From: the human T2T-CHM13v2.0 reference genome, Homo sapiens
Assembly (NCBI RefSeq): GCF_009914755.1
Contig: NC_060926.1
DNA length: 64,000 bases
Strand: one strand, 5' to 3'
A model generated the notes under the pieces. The model had not been told where the DNA came from, searched no databases, and saw only the letters and a list, made by a program, of their open reading frames with translations. This document shows, in pieces, positions 16,535-32,230 of this stretch; within the stretch, counting starts at the first letter, position 1, and each line of letters opens with the position of its first letter. The position numbers and the translations under genes are program-made.

Positions 16535-17408
16535 TGGAAGGAGACCCCCTGAAACTATTGCTACGGAATAAAAGATAAAATGCCCCTGATTATTGTAAAT
16601 ACAAAATTGCAGGCAGGATTGTGTAAAGACAATGCCAGGTTGGGCTGCCAGAATGAGCCAACAGCACGTGATGTGCTTCCCCCTGCAGAAAGCCTATAAA
16701 CGGACATGCAGTCAGGGAGGTTTCACATCACCAAGATTCCTATTCCACAAAAGCAGATGTTCATAGCTCTGGGAATGGAATGCGACCCTTGTGGAGAGAC
16801 TATATATGGACGCATAAGGGGAGCCTGTTCATATGGATAAGATAGTGCTATAAATACCCTCATCTTGCCACGGCTCTTCTAGGCCTCTTTAGTGTTAAGG
16901 CATGCTACCTTCTGAGAATTTCTGGTCTAACCAGTTGTCTAGCTTCATGTCCTGTTTCTATGGATTGTGTGAAATCAGCTTTTACTGCAACTGTTACTGC
17001 TGATTAATATCTTGCTAATCACAGGTTATGGAAAGACTGTGTTTCTGTTTTAAGGTTCTGTTAGAAATTACTGATGCACACACTATGTTGTAAATTCTTA
17101 TCTCTGTATACTGTACTTCTGCATAGAGATGTTATGTTAAAGAACTACTTCATCTCCATGTGACCATCTCACCTCATAATCAAACGACTCTAAATCCCTC
17201 ACTAACCTACCCCCGCCCTCACTAAACTTAATAATAAATGCTGGTATATCCAGTGCATTGGCGGCATTGCGGGACCAGAAGGCGGTGACCCCCCTGGACC
17301 CAGCTTTCACTATCTTGTGTGTGTCTATTATTTCTCAACCTGCCGATCCACCTGGGAACAAAGAGAGAGCCCCATTGCATTGTGGGCTGCTGGCCAGACC
17401 CCGCAATA
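16535..17408 (+). mobile_element. 5' LTR (MER11D-like)
   Basis: Direct repeat of 22929-23801 (about 36 differences counted by eye); AATAAA near 17233. Confidence 0.92.
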
Positions 17409-17410
17409 TC

Positions 17411-17428
17411 TGGCGCCCAATGTGGCCT
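17411..17428 (+). promoter_or_regulatory. Primer binding site, tRNA-Lys(CUU)-like
   Basis: tggcgcccaatgtggcc lies 2 nt after the 5' LTR, versus the Lys1,2 PBS TGGCGCCCAACGTGGGGC. A splice donor G|GTAAGG follows at 17493/17494. Confidence 0.85.
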
Positions 17429-17569
17429 TCTTTGTTCCTCGACTAAGTGCACTCCGAGTGCGGGATTGTGACGAGTAGTCTTCAGTCTTGATGGTAAGGT
17501 CTCTGGGTACACTTTTTCCAACTCTCCCCTCTTTTTGGGTTTTTTGACCGGTATTATTCCAGGGTTATT

Positions 17570-18298
17570 ATGGGACAATCACAGTCTAAACACCAGGCTT
17601 ATCTGTCTTTTATTAAACTTCTTCTTAAACAGGGTGGAATCAAGGCTGATTCCAATAACCTTATTCTCTTATTTCAGACTATTGAAAAATATTGTCCTTG
17701 GTTCCCTGACGAAGGTTCTATGGATCTGTTAGACTGGGATAGAGTTGGCACCACTCTCCACCAATTCATGAGAGATGGTGTTTTACTTCCTATTTCTGTT
17801 TGGGCTGACTAGGTTCTTATTCATGTCGCTTTACTTCCTTTTCAGTCTGGTGATCCTCTTCAACTGCCACAAGTTAACATGGATGGTGAGCTGCTCCCTT
17901 TACCGTGGGTAGCTGACCCCCCTACTAGTCTTCCTTCTGATGATGAGGAGGAATTCGATCTCTCCTTGTTTTCTCCCCAAGAGAAGGAACCTGGTGATGA
18001 TCCCCTCCCTCCACCTCCTATCTTGGAACCTGTATATGTTAACTCTTCTTCTACCAAGCTGTTGCCCCCTCTGCCAGAGGAGGACGTGTGGCATTCATCT
18101 GAATGGCCCGTTTCTCATTCCTCTCATCCTTTCAGACCTCTCCCCTCTTCTAAGCCTACTGTTTCTTTCGACGCTCTGGGACCCCTTCTTTCAGAGGTTT
18201 GGAATCCTGCTTCCCCCCGGTCCATATCCCAGAACCCTCACTCTCCTTCTCTTCCTCTGCCCATGCACAATGGATGTGTGAGTCACCTGTTTGGGTAG
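17570..18298 (+). pseudogene. gag: Truncated gag: matrix plus Pro/acidic linker; CA and NC absent
   Basis: MGQSQSKHQAYLSFIKLLLKQGG…YCPWFP…LDWDRVG is a myristoylated betaretroviral MA. In-frame TAG at 17810; the same frame continues Pro-rich to 18298. Confidence 0.85.
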
Positions 18299-20760
18299 AG
18301 CAGTGGCCGCTTTCCAAACACAAGTTGGAGGCTTTAACTGAAATTGTTAATGATTTACTACAAGCAAACACTACCGAGCCCTCCTGGTCTCCATGGAACT
18401 CACCTGTGTTTGTTGTACAAAAGAAGTCAGGAAAATGGAGGACGGTAACAGACTTAAGAGCTGTTAATACAGTTATTAAACCTATGGGGGCATTACAACC
18501 CAGTATGCCCTCCCCCTCCGTGATTCCTGAGGCATGGCCTTTAATTATCATTGACCTTAAGGACTGCTTTTTTCATATTCCTTTAGACAAGTCAGACTGT
18601 GAAAAATTTGCTTTCACTACACCTTCCATTAACAATTCAGCTTCTGCAGCTAGATATCAATGGAAAGTTTTACCTCAAGGAATAATTAACAGTCCTACTA
18701 TTTGTCAGTTGTTTGTCAGTACTGTGTTACAACCTATCCAACAGACTTTTAAAAATAATTACATTCTTCATTATACGGATGATATACTGACTGCTGCTCC
18801 CACTAAAGATGAATTAATTCAATGTTTTACCTCTTTAAAATTAGCTGTTGCCAATGCAGGACTCCACATCGCTCCTGATAAAATTCAACCAGCCACTCCT
18901 TTTCTGTACTTAGGAATGCAGCTAGAAGCTCTCTCCATTAAGCCCCAAAAAGTCCAACTTCATACTGACAATTTAAACACCTTAAATGATTTTCAGAAAT
19001 TACCAGGTGACATCAATTATCTCAGACCAACCCTAGGCGTCCCTACTTATGCATTATCTCACCTATTTGTTACTTTATCGGGAGATACAGATTTAAAGAG
19101 TCCTCGCTCCCTATCTGAACCAGCAAAACAAGAGCTGTCTTTTGTAGAACAAAGAGAGAGGTACAAGTCTCTCGTATTCACCCAAATTTGTCTTTACAAT
19201 TTTTAGTTTTTCCTTCCATCCACTCTCCTACGGGACTTATAGCACAAAATGATTCTCTAGTTGAATGGGTATTTCTTCTTAATTCAGCCTCTAAAACTCT
19301 TTCAATATATCTTGATCAAATGGCCACTTTAATTGGGTTAGGACGTCAACATATCACTAAAATTTCCGGCTTTGATCCAAACATTATTGTGGTCCCTTTG
19401 TCAAAAAATGAAGTTAAAAATGCCTTTTCTACATCCTTCTGCTGGCAGACTAATCTGGCTGACTTCATTGGCACTATTGATTATCATTTGCCTAAGTCAA
19501 AATTCTTTCAATTTCTATGAAATACTTCCTGGAGTCTACCAAAACTTACTCGTTCATCACCACTAGAGGCAGCTGTTACCATTTTTACTGATGGATCCAG
19601 TAATGGAAAGGCAGGGTATGTAGGGCCAAAAGATAAAGTCATTCCTACTCCATACACTTCTGCTCAAAAAGCCGAGTTGTTTGCTGTTATCTCTGCATTA
19701 CAAGATTTTGATCAGCCTCTTAATATTGTCTCTGACTCAGCTTATGTAGTCCATGCCACCAAGGCAATAGAAACAGCTACCATCAAAAATATTGCTGACA
19801 CTAATCTGTTTTCCGTGTTCTCTTTGTTTCAAAAAACTGTCAGAAACCAAAAGCACCCTTTTTTCATCACTCACATTCGATCTCATACTAATTTGCCTGA
19901 ACCTTTATCCAGTGGTAATCATAAAGTTGATACTCTAGTTTCTCTAGCCATGACAGATGCAGAACAATTTCATCAACTCACTCATACTAATGCCTCAGGT
20001 CTTAAACACAAATATTCTCTCAGTTGGAAACAAGCTAAACAAATTGTACAACACTGTTCTCAATGTCAGCTTCTTGTCTTACCCACACAATCTCCCGGAG
20101 TTAATCCCCGAGGCCTTTCTCCTAATGCTATCTGGCAAATGGATGTTACTCATGTTCCTTCTTTTGGAAAATTAGCTTATGTGCATGTCACAGTTGAAAC
20201 CTTTTCCAATTTCATCTGGGCTACCTGTCAAAACGGAGAAGCCACTTCTCACGTTAAAAAAAATACGTTTTCATGTTTTGTGGTTATGGGATTCCTAGTG
20301 AGCTCAAAACAGACAACGGTCCAGCCAATTGCAGTAAAGCTTTTAAAAATTTTCTTGATCAGTGGCATATTAAACATATTACTGGTACTCCTTATAACCC
20401 ACGAGGCCATGCTATTGTAGAAAGAAGTAACAGAACTCTAAAATTACAATTACTTAAACAAAAAGAGGGGGATAAGGAGAGGTCTACCCCTCACATACAA
20501 CTAAACTTGGAATTGTTCACGTTAAATTTTCTTAATATTCCTAAATCTAGTTCTGTTACTGCTGCTGAAAAACATTTCTCTGGTAACTGTCCCATGGTAA
20601 ACCAAGAAGGGAAGTGTGGTGGAAAGATGTTCAATCCAATATATGGTCAAAAGGTTCTATTTTAACGTGGGGAAGAGGCTACGCTTGTGTTTCCCCAGGT
20701 GAACATCAATCTCCTGTTTGGATTCCTGCTAGACACCTGAAATTGTGTCCTGAAGATGCG
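18271..20760 (+). pseudogene. pol: pol (RT, RNase H, integrase), frameshifted
   Basis: [42 protein letters not shown]; RNase [10 protein letters not shown] and NIVSDSAY; IN HQLTH…CSQC, WQMDVTH, KTDNG, WGRGYAC. Split across four ORFs. Confidence 0.92.
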
Positions 20761-20852
20761 TGCAACAATGAGACGGAGAAATTTGCTGAAAAGTCGCCAA
20801 GCAAAAAACAACTAACACATCCAACCATCAAAAAAAAAGAAAGAAAATAATC

Positions 20853-22920
20853 ATGCTAACTCCTTTAAAACAGACAATCCAGTCAGCCATCCTGAACAAC
20901 TTGTCTCCAGCGATCCAGGAATGGCTCAACCTCTGCCTCCTCCTGATGACACTGATCCTTCTACCCTCTGTCACTCCACAGACTGTTAAAAACTATACAT
21001 ATTGGGCCTATATTCCTTTTCCTCCTCTTATTCGAGCCATGACATGGATGGATGCTCCTATTAAGGTCTATGTTAATGATAGTATTTGGATGCCTGGTTC
21101 TGTAGATGATCGTTGTCCTGCCCAACCTTCAGAAGGAATCCCTTTCAATATCACTTTAGGTTTTAGGTATCCACCTTTGTGCCTGGGACCCACTAATGGA
21201 TGTCTCTCATTAGATATTCAAACTTGGGCAGTCACACTACCATCTGGTCACTCTGTCCCTCCTTTAGGACACTTGGTATCAGGGCTCTCATTAAAACCTC
21301 TAAGGCAGATAAAATAGGAATTGCTGATTATATTCACACTTCCCAATATAAGCCTTTAGGACCTGCGTGTCCTCTCAACTTGTGTTAAAATGCTGACAAA
21401 TTAATGTGGAAGGATTGTGTTAGTCCAGAAGGAACTGTGTTATTTAATTCTTCTCACTACACCATTGTTGACTGGGCTCCTAAAGGTCATATTACTAATG
21501 ATTGCTCTCAAGGTCACAGAGATTATCAACATTTTCTCTATGATATTACTTATCAAAAAAGTAGTGACAGCCCTCCCCTATTATATCGTAGATTTAACTC
21601 CTTTTTTCCTTTTAAGTGGAAAGGGGCAGGGGTTGCCCCTCCAAAGCCAAGGCTCGTTGTTCCCCACTTAGGACCTGAACATTCAGAATTATGGAGATTA
21701 ACCATAGCTATGACTGGTTTGAGAGTTTGGGCTGGAGAAAGTGTTATAAGTAAATCCACCTTGTCACCTCAAAAACTAAGACAACAGATTAATTTACACT
21801 ACTATTTCCACACAGCCAAAAATATCACTATGGCAATCATCAAAATGTCAATTCAAAGATGGGACAGTAAAGACTATGAGGACTTGTACCCCCCCATTAC
21901 TAATGACCCCCACCACCTCTCATACAACCTATTCCCCCCACCCCACATTTCACAAAAACGAATACCATCCCAAAATATATACACTATCTATACGGAGTCC
22001 AATAAAACTATACCACTTAAAAGTTGTGTTAAACCACCATATATGTTATTAGTAGGAAAGATGCATATTAGTTCAAAAATCAACATAATTACATGTGTTG
22101 TTACTTGTATACTTGCATTGACTCATCTTTTAATCAATATCATGGTATTTTAATAGAGCCAGGGAAGTTATTTGGCACCTCGTAGCCTTACATAGGCCTT
22201 GGGAATCTTGACCTTCTATCCTTGTTATTAATAATATTCTACAGAAAAATCTTAAAAGGAGTAAATGATTTATTTTTACATTAATTGCAGTAATAATGGG
22301 CTTGATTGCTGTTACTGTGACTGCTGCTACTGCTGGAGTTGCATGACATCAATCTATTCAATCTGCTCATTTTGTGGATAAATGGCAAAAAAAATTCTAC
22401 TCAGATGTGGAATTCCCAGTCAGGTATTGATCAAAAATTTGCCAATCAAATTAATGATCTAAGACAAACTGTTATATGGATGGCAGATAGAATTATAAGT
22501 TTAGAACATCGATTACAAATGCAATGTGATTGGAATACTTCTGATTTTTGTATAACTCCATTCTAATATAATGAGTCTGTTCACAATTGGGAATCAGTAA
22601 AACGCCATTTACAAGGAAGTGAAGATAAATTAAGTTTAGATATAAGCAAGCTAAAAGAACAGACATTTGAGGCCTCTCAAGCACACTTAACTGCTTTACC
22701 TAGTGCTGAAGTTTTAGATGGTATCTCTGAGGGGTTATCTAATCTCAACCCCATTCAATGGGTAAAATCTTTGGGAGGATCCACTATCATTAATTTTGTT
22801 CTGTGTATAATTTGTGTTATTGATTTATTGTTCATGTGTAAAATTGGAAAAAATACTCTTCAATCCAATCGTGATCAGTGCCAACCTATGATTGCTATGG
22901 TTCATTTAAATCAGAGAAAA
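20853..22920 (+). pseudogene. env: env, disrupted
   Basis: [37 protein letters not shown]; furin site KRSK* followed by FIFTLIAVIMGLIAV; [14 protein letters not shown]-like ISD and [13 protein letters not shown]. Splice acceptor tgtttccccag| at 20698. Confidence 0.9.
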
Positions 22921-22928
22921 GGGGGAGA

Positions 22929-23801
22929 TGTAGGGAGACCTCCTGAAACTATTGCTACGGAATAAAAGATGAAATGCTCCTGATTATTGTAAATACAAAA
23001 TTGCAGGCAGGATTGTGTAAAGACAATGCCAGGTTGGACTGCCAGAATGAGCCAACAGCACATGATGTCCTTCCCCCTGCAGAGAGCCTATGAACGGACA
23101 TGCAGTCAGGGAGGCTTCACATCACCAAGATTCCTATCCCAGAAAAGCAGATGTTCATAGCTCTGGGAATGGAATGTGACCCTTGTGGAGAGACTATAAA
23201 CGGATGCATGAGGGGTGCCTGTTCATATGGATAAGATAGGGCTATAAACGCCCTCATCTTGCCACAGCTCTTCTAGGCCTCTTTAGGGTTAAGGCATGCT
23301 ACCTTCTGAGAATTTCTGGTCTAACCGGTTGTCTAGCTTCATGTCCTGTTTCTATGGATTGTGTGTAACCAGCTTTTACTGCAACTGTTACTGCTGATTA
23401 ATATCTTGCTAATCATAGGTTATGGAAAGACTGTGTTTCTGTTTTAAGGTTCTGTTAGAAATTACTGATGCACACACTATGTTGTAAATTCTTATCTCTG
23501 TATACTGTACTTCTGCATAGAGATGTTATGTTAAAGAACTACTTCATCTCCATGTGACCATCTCACCTCATAATCAAACAACTCTAAATCCCTCACTAAC
23601 CTACCCCCGCCCTCACTAAACTTAATAATAAATGCTGGTATATCCAGTGCATTGACGGCATCGCGGGACCAGAAGGCGGTGACCCCCTGGACCCAGCTTT
23701 CACTATCTTGTGTGTGTCTATTATTTCTCAACCTGCCGATCCACCTGGGAACAAAGAGAGAGCCCCACTGCATCGCGGGCTGCTGGCCAGATCCCGCAAT
23801 A
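22929..23801 (+). mobile_element. 3' LTR (MER11D-like), preceded by PPT
   Basis: PPT agagaaaagggggaga immediately before tgtagggagacc; direct repeat of the 5' LTR. Confidence 0.92.
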
Positions 23802-24205
23802 TCCATGGTGGTGCACGCCTATAGTCTCAGCTACTCAGGAGGCTGAGGCAGGAGAAATGCTTAAACCTGGGCGTGGAGGCTGCAGTGAGCTGAGATGACG
23901 CCACTGCACTCTAGCCTGGGTGACAGAGTGAGACTCCATCTCAAAAAAAAAAAAAAAAAAAGCTGTTTCATAAAAAGCTGTTTTATCACATGGCACAAAT
24001 TAAATAAACAGACGTTAATTAAAACTATTAAGGAGTTCCGTGAATTTCAATATTTAATGCCAGCTGTTATTCACATTAATATTTTAACATTTTACCATTA
24101 AGATATTTACTACAAAGGATTGATATGTATTTAACTGTTTAAGGCTGCGCGTACAGGCTTACGTCTGTAATCCCGGCACTTTTGGAGGCCAAGGCAGGCG
24201 GATCA

Positions 24206-24409
<204 letters not shown>

Positions 24410-24469
24410 TCAAAAAAACAAAAACAAAAACATACGTCATGGTTTAGAGCGCTAGTTAAACCTGCTCAA

Positions 24470-25442
<973 letters not shown>

Positions 25443-26435
25443 CTAAGAGGAAATGGAAAATAACATTCCCTGAATGCCTACTATGTGTACAACTCTACTT
25501 ATGTATCTTGCTTAATTTTTATGATGATTCCATGAGGGAGTTTTTTTTTGTTCATTTTTTTCAGTGATTGTCCAATCCTGCAGACCATGAAGTAGATTTT
25601 AATTCTCATTTTAGAAATCAGGAAAGTAAGGCTCAGAGAGCTTATTCAAATTTCCTGAAGATACATAGCTAATAAATTGTAGAATTAGAATCTGAACCTA
25701 GGTCTACCTGACTGCAAAGCCCATGTTTTGTGGAAAACTCTCCTCTTTATTCTTTTTATTAATTTCATAAAATTAATCTCAACTGACATTTGAATCAGCA
25801 TCTCTGTGGGTTATTGAAGAGAAGTTATAAGTTGTCAAGCCTCTGCTTTGCAGTGAGAAAATATGGGTAGGATTTGAATGAGATAAGAATGGGATGCTTG
25901 GCCGGCACGGTGGCTCACGCCTGTAATCCCAGCACTTTGAGAGGCCGAGGCGGGTGGATCACGAAGTCAGGAGATCGAGACCATCCTGGCCAACATGGTG
26001 AAACCCCATCTCTACTAAAAAAATACAAAAAATTAGCCGGGCATGGTGGCGGGCGCCTGTAGTCCCAGCTACTCGGGAGGCTGAGGCAGAATGGTGTGAA
26101 CCCGGGAGGTGGAGATTGCAGTGGGCCAAGATTGGCCACTGCACTCCAGCCTGGGCGACAGAGCAAGACTCTGTCTCAAAAAAAAAAAAAAAAAGAATGG
26201 GATGCTTGCACAGTATTTTGTGGTTTTTAAATTTTTTTATTTTTTGTAGAGATGGGGGTCTTACTATGTTGCCCAGGCTGATAGTATCTTATTTATGCTG
26301 CTAAGGGAATATTTTTGTCTCCCTTTTTAACAGCAGGGTATCCTAGGAGAATCTTTTGAAATTGAGCTCAGTCCTGAGGTCTGAACTTTTCCTATTGTTA
26401 GTCACCTTCAAACCAAGTGATTTGTTACCAGCTAA

Positions 26436-26861
<426 letters not shown>

Positions 26862-27391
26862 TAGTAGAGCTCGGGTTTCACCATGTTGACCAGGCTGGTC
26901 TCAAACTCCTGACCTCAGGTGACCCACCCGCCTCGGCCTCCCGAAGTGCTGGGATTACAGGCGTGAGCCACCACTCCCGGTCTGGATCTTTAGAAAAGGA
27001 CGTGATGGGGAGGGTTAGTGAAGAAGTGGGGCAACGAGAATGTAGACTGCAGTGTGGAAAGGCAGGACCAGTAGATGCTTGGAGAGCAGTTGGGGGGAAA
27101 AAAAGAATGATCATTACAATTAATAGCAGTAGCTTTGCTTCAGTTATAACTTAAGGAAAAAGGCTAAGGGGCCTATATTTTTTGCTCCAGATCCAGTGAT
27201 TTAATTTTGAGAAGCAAGATCCAGTGATTGAACTCATGCAAGGGGATGACCTGGGGCCTGTGAAAAGTCAGGTTGCAGTTTCCATTGTATTCAGGAAAAC
27301 CAGAAAAATAAATACAACTTTTGGAAGAAACTTTAAGTTTTCTCCCATTCACATTTAACCCTAGGGGTCTCACACTTCTGGAATTGCTTAG

Positions 27392-28520
27392 TGTCACGTG
27401 TGTCCATATAAACCACCTAAACAGGCTTTGTGTGAGCAACAAGGCTGTTTATTCACTTGGGTGCAAGTGGGATGAGTCCAAAAAGAGAGTCAGCGAAGGG
27501 AGATAGGAAAGGGGCAGCTTTATAGGGCTTGGGTAGGCAGTGGAAAGTTACAGTTAAAGGTGGTTATCTATCGTCAGCAGAGGAGGGGGTCACAAGGTGC
27601 ATGGTGGGGAGATCATAAAACTCATTGTCCAGAAGAAGAATGTCACGAGGTCAATTGATTAGTTGGGGCAGGGCAGGAGCAAGTCATAATGGTAGAATGC
27701 CATAAGGTGGATTAATTAGTTAAGGCAGGAACTGGCTGTTTCACTTCTTTTGTGGTTTTTTGGCTGCTCCAGACTTCTTGGCTCCTGCAGGCCATCTGGA
27801 CGTGCAGGTCACAGGGGTTACAACGGATGAGCTTTGGCTCAGAGGCCTGACATTCCTGTCTTTTTACTTATAAAATATAAAGTTATAAGAAAAGATAAAG
27901 AAAACATAAGTTTTTACTGGGGATTATTGGGGTAGGGGTTATGTTAATCAGGGCTGCTTCTGGCATGACTTAGGGGCGACGTGGACACCTAAAGAAAGTT
28001 TAATTTTATAGTGAGTTGGTCTAGAAAGTTTTTAGGTACAATTCTGTGTGGCTAACAAGGCACCAGTTAGCATATTTTGAGCTTGAAATTGTCCTAATAA
28101 ATTCTCTAAAAACAGCAAATAAGCATAATAGCGTTAAGGTAGGTGTCAGTGAGTTTCTATGCCAAGGTAGGAATAATGTTTTAGGTACCAAAGCCTTTTG
28201 TCCCCATTTTCCATCATATGAACAGGATTCCCTGTTATTTAGGCAATGATCTATTATATTACCCTTTTCCTATAGGTGTGAGTGGTGGTCCAGATGGAGA
28301 AGTTCAATAGTTCTGATTGCAGATCCTATGCAGGAGAGATAATAATCTTTGTCTCCTGGGTTAAGCTAAGGCTGGCAAAGAGACAAATGTCCCAAGCCTT
28401 CTAACAACCAGTGGCATAGTTTATGTTGTCCTGGATGCTGGTCTGGTTGCCAAATATGGGGAAGGAAATGAGGGGCTATATAGGAGGCAAGCCAGAGGCT
28501 TATATCCTACGTGGTAATGG
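27392..28520 (-). mobile_element. HERV-H remnant: 3' LTR7 (27392-27852) plus adjacent internal sequence
   Basis: Minus-strand LTR start tgtcaggcctctgagccaaagc, preceded by the purine tract aaaaagacaggaa; LTR end …acgtgaca. Confidence 0.8.
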
Positions 28521-28780
28521 TCATGAAGGGAAAAGAAAAAAGAAGCAAAAAGCAGCCCAAGAAATCACTTATTTTCTAACAAAGAGCAGCCTGAAAGATC
28601 GAGCTGCAGACATAAATAAGGAAGCTGGAAGCTTGCACAGGGTGATGCCAGCAGCCACACAGACACAGCAACCTGGGGCCATGCGTGTCCACCATGGGGG
28701 CTCCACCTTCCCTTTTTTGTTAGCATGTACACAGTAGGAAAGAGATCAGTCACAAGAATAGCTACCTGCCTGCATAATAA

Positions 28781-29014
<234 letters not shown>

Positions 29015-29334
29015 TAGTACAGACGGGTTTTCTCCATGTTGGTTAGGCTGGTCTTGAACTCCCGACCTCGATGATCCACCCGCCTCGGCTTCCCATGTTT
29101 TTTATTTTTTTTTTAAGATAAAATAAAATGTTCAAATATTTTTGAAACATCTTGGAAAAAACCCACACAGCATTAGTATTACTACATTAATAACTGGCAA
29201 TTGGTATAATTACTACTATTAAATAGTATTAGAACTGCAGGAAAATTACAATAACAAATAGACCCATAGACCACCCAATGTAAAATGGCTTGCACAAAAT
29301 ACAGTTTATTATAATAACAAAAATTTTTTTTTGA

Positions 29335-29568
<234 letters not shown>

Positions 29569-29834
29569 TAAAGTGCTGGGATTACAGGCATAAGCCACCT
29601 TGCCCAGGCCCTATAATAAAAAATTTATGAGAGTACTTTTGAGCTAATTTGAATCAGTTCCCCAAGTTACCACATTATATCTGCTGCTGTTAGGAACGTT
29701 AATTGGCAGGATCTTTCTGAAGTGCAATTTAGCAGTAAATTGAAGAAGCCTTTAAAATTCAGTAGATATCACACCTGTTGACCCAGCAATTTCTCTTCCT
29801 TAAATTTTTCATAAGAATTGAGGTAGCAAACCAA

Positions 29835-30450
29835 ATATTACACTTCTAAGTGGGAGCTAAGTTATGAGGATGCAAAGACATAAGAATGATATAATGGACT
29901 TTGAGGACTCTGGGGTGGGAGGGGGTATACGTGGGACAGGGCTGAGGGATAAAAGACTATATTTTGGGTACTGTCACGCGCGTCCGTGTGGAGACCACCA
30001 AACAGGCTCTGTGTGAGCAATAAAGCTTTTTAATCACCTGGGTGCAGGCGGGCTGAGTCTGAAAAGAGTCAGGGAAGTGAGAGAGGGGTGGGGCCATCTT
30101 ATAGGATTTGGGTGGGTAGTGGAAAATTACAGTCAAAGGGGGTTGTTCTCTGGCAGGCCGGGGCGGGGGTCATAAGGTGCTCAGCGGGGGAGCTTCTGAG
30201 CCAGGAGAAGGGATTTCACAAGGTAATGTCATCAGTTAAGGCAGGAACCAGCCATTTGCACTTCTTTTGTGATTCTTCAGTTACTTCAGGCCATGTGGAT
30301 GTATATGTGCAGGCTTGGGCTCAGAGGCCTGACAGGTACAGCGTACACTGCTCTGGTGACGGGTGCACCAAAGTCTCAGAAATCACCACTAAAAACTTAT
30401 CCATGTAACCAAAAACCACCTGTACCCCCAAAACTACTGAAATACAAGTT
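29835..30450 (+). mobile_element. L1PB-like 3' end, interrupted by LTR7
   Basis: taagtgggagctaagttatgaggatgcaaag…gggtgcaccaaagtctcagaaatcaccactaaa…catgtaaccaaaaaccacctg. Confidence 0.8.
29972..30334 (-). mobile_element. Solo LTR7 (HERV-H)
   Basis: tgtcacgcgcgtccgtgtg…cagaggcctgaca, with a perfect TSD GGTAC at 29967-29971 and 30335-30339. Confidence 0.92.
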
Positions 30451-31269
30451 TTAAAAAGATGAAAAAAATTTTTTTTACATAAAATATCTTTCTCCCCAAA
30501 AACACATAAAATAAAATAAAAATATGTTTTAAAAAAGAATTGAGGTGGCTCTTAACTAGATAATTAGAATCGCTGGTGGTAATCACTGGCGAAATACGCG
30601 TACGTTTCTGTAGGTTTAGGGACCGGGCAAGTCTGGGAAATGCCACCTGGTGGTTCTCAGCCCAGACTACACCTCAGACTCACCTGAAGAGGTGGGGTTT
30701 ATTAATATCTCAATCAGCATCTCTGGGGGTGGAACTAGGTATTTGTAACGTCTCCCCGTGGGTTTCTAATGCACAGCTAAGTGCCCAGGATAAGTGCCCT
30801 AGGGCAATCTAAGTAAAACGTGGCACAGCAAACAATTTTGTAAATGAATATTAACTGGAGACATGTTCTCGAAATCATGTTAAGAGAAAAAACCATGTAC
30901 AAAAAAGCTCATAGTGCAGTATGATTCCATTTCTGCAATGAGTGTAAGACTAGAAATTAACCGTGGTTATGTGAAATGTGTGGTATATTTGCATTTACTA
31001 AATTAAAAAAAATGTTTCTGAGACAGAGCGCCCGGGCTGCAATGCAGTGGTGATCACAGCTCACTGCAGCCTGGGACTCCCGGGCTCAAGCGACCCTCCC
31101 GCCTAGGACTCTCAAAGTGCTGGGATTACAGGCACGCGCCACCACGCCCGGCCTGCATTTACAATACTTTTTACGACGAATACTTACGGATGTTATATTA
31201 AGAAAATAGTTAACATCTGAGGTGCATTCTTCCAAATAATAACGTAGACAGCACTTACTGGGACCGTCT

Positions 31270-32230
<961 letters not shown>

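Larger units (their letters stand above)
16535..23801 (+). mobile_element. HERV-K betaretrovirus-like provirus, MER11D/HERVK11D (HML-7) type, inserted in an Alu
   Basis: Two LTRs of about 874 bp, PBS, partial gag, RT/RNase H/IN, env and PPT. The host Alu is split (16388-16534 and 23804-23960) and has its own TSD aaaaagctgtttca. Confidence 0.92.

Noticed and set aside
18199-20665. Possibly functional retroviral RT or integrase
   Set aside because: YMDD is mutated to YTDD, and there are several frameshifts and stops, with no protease or capsid.
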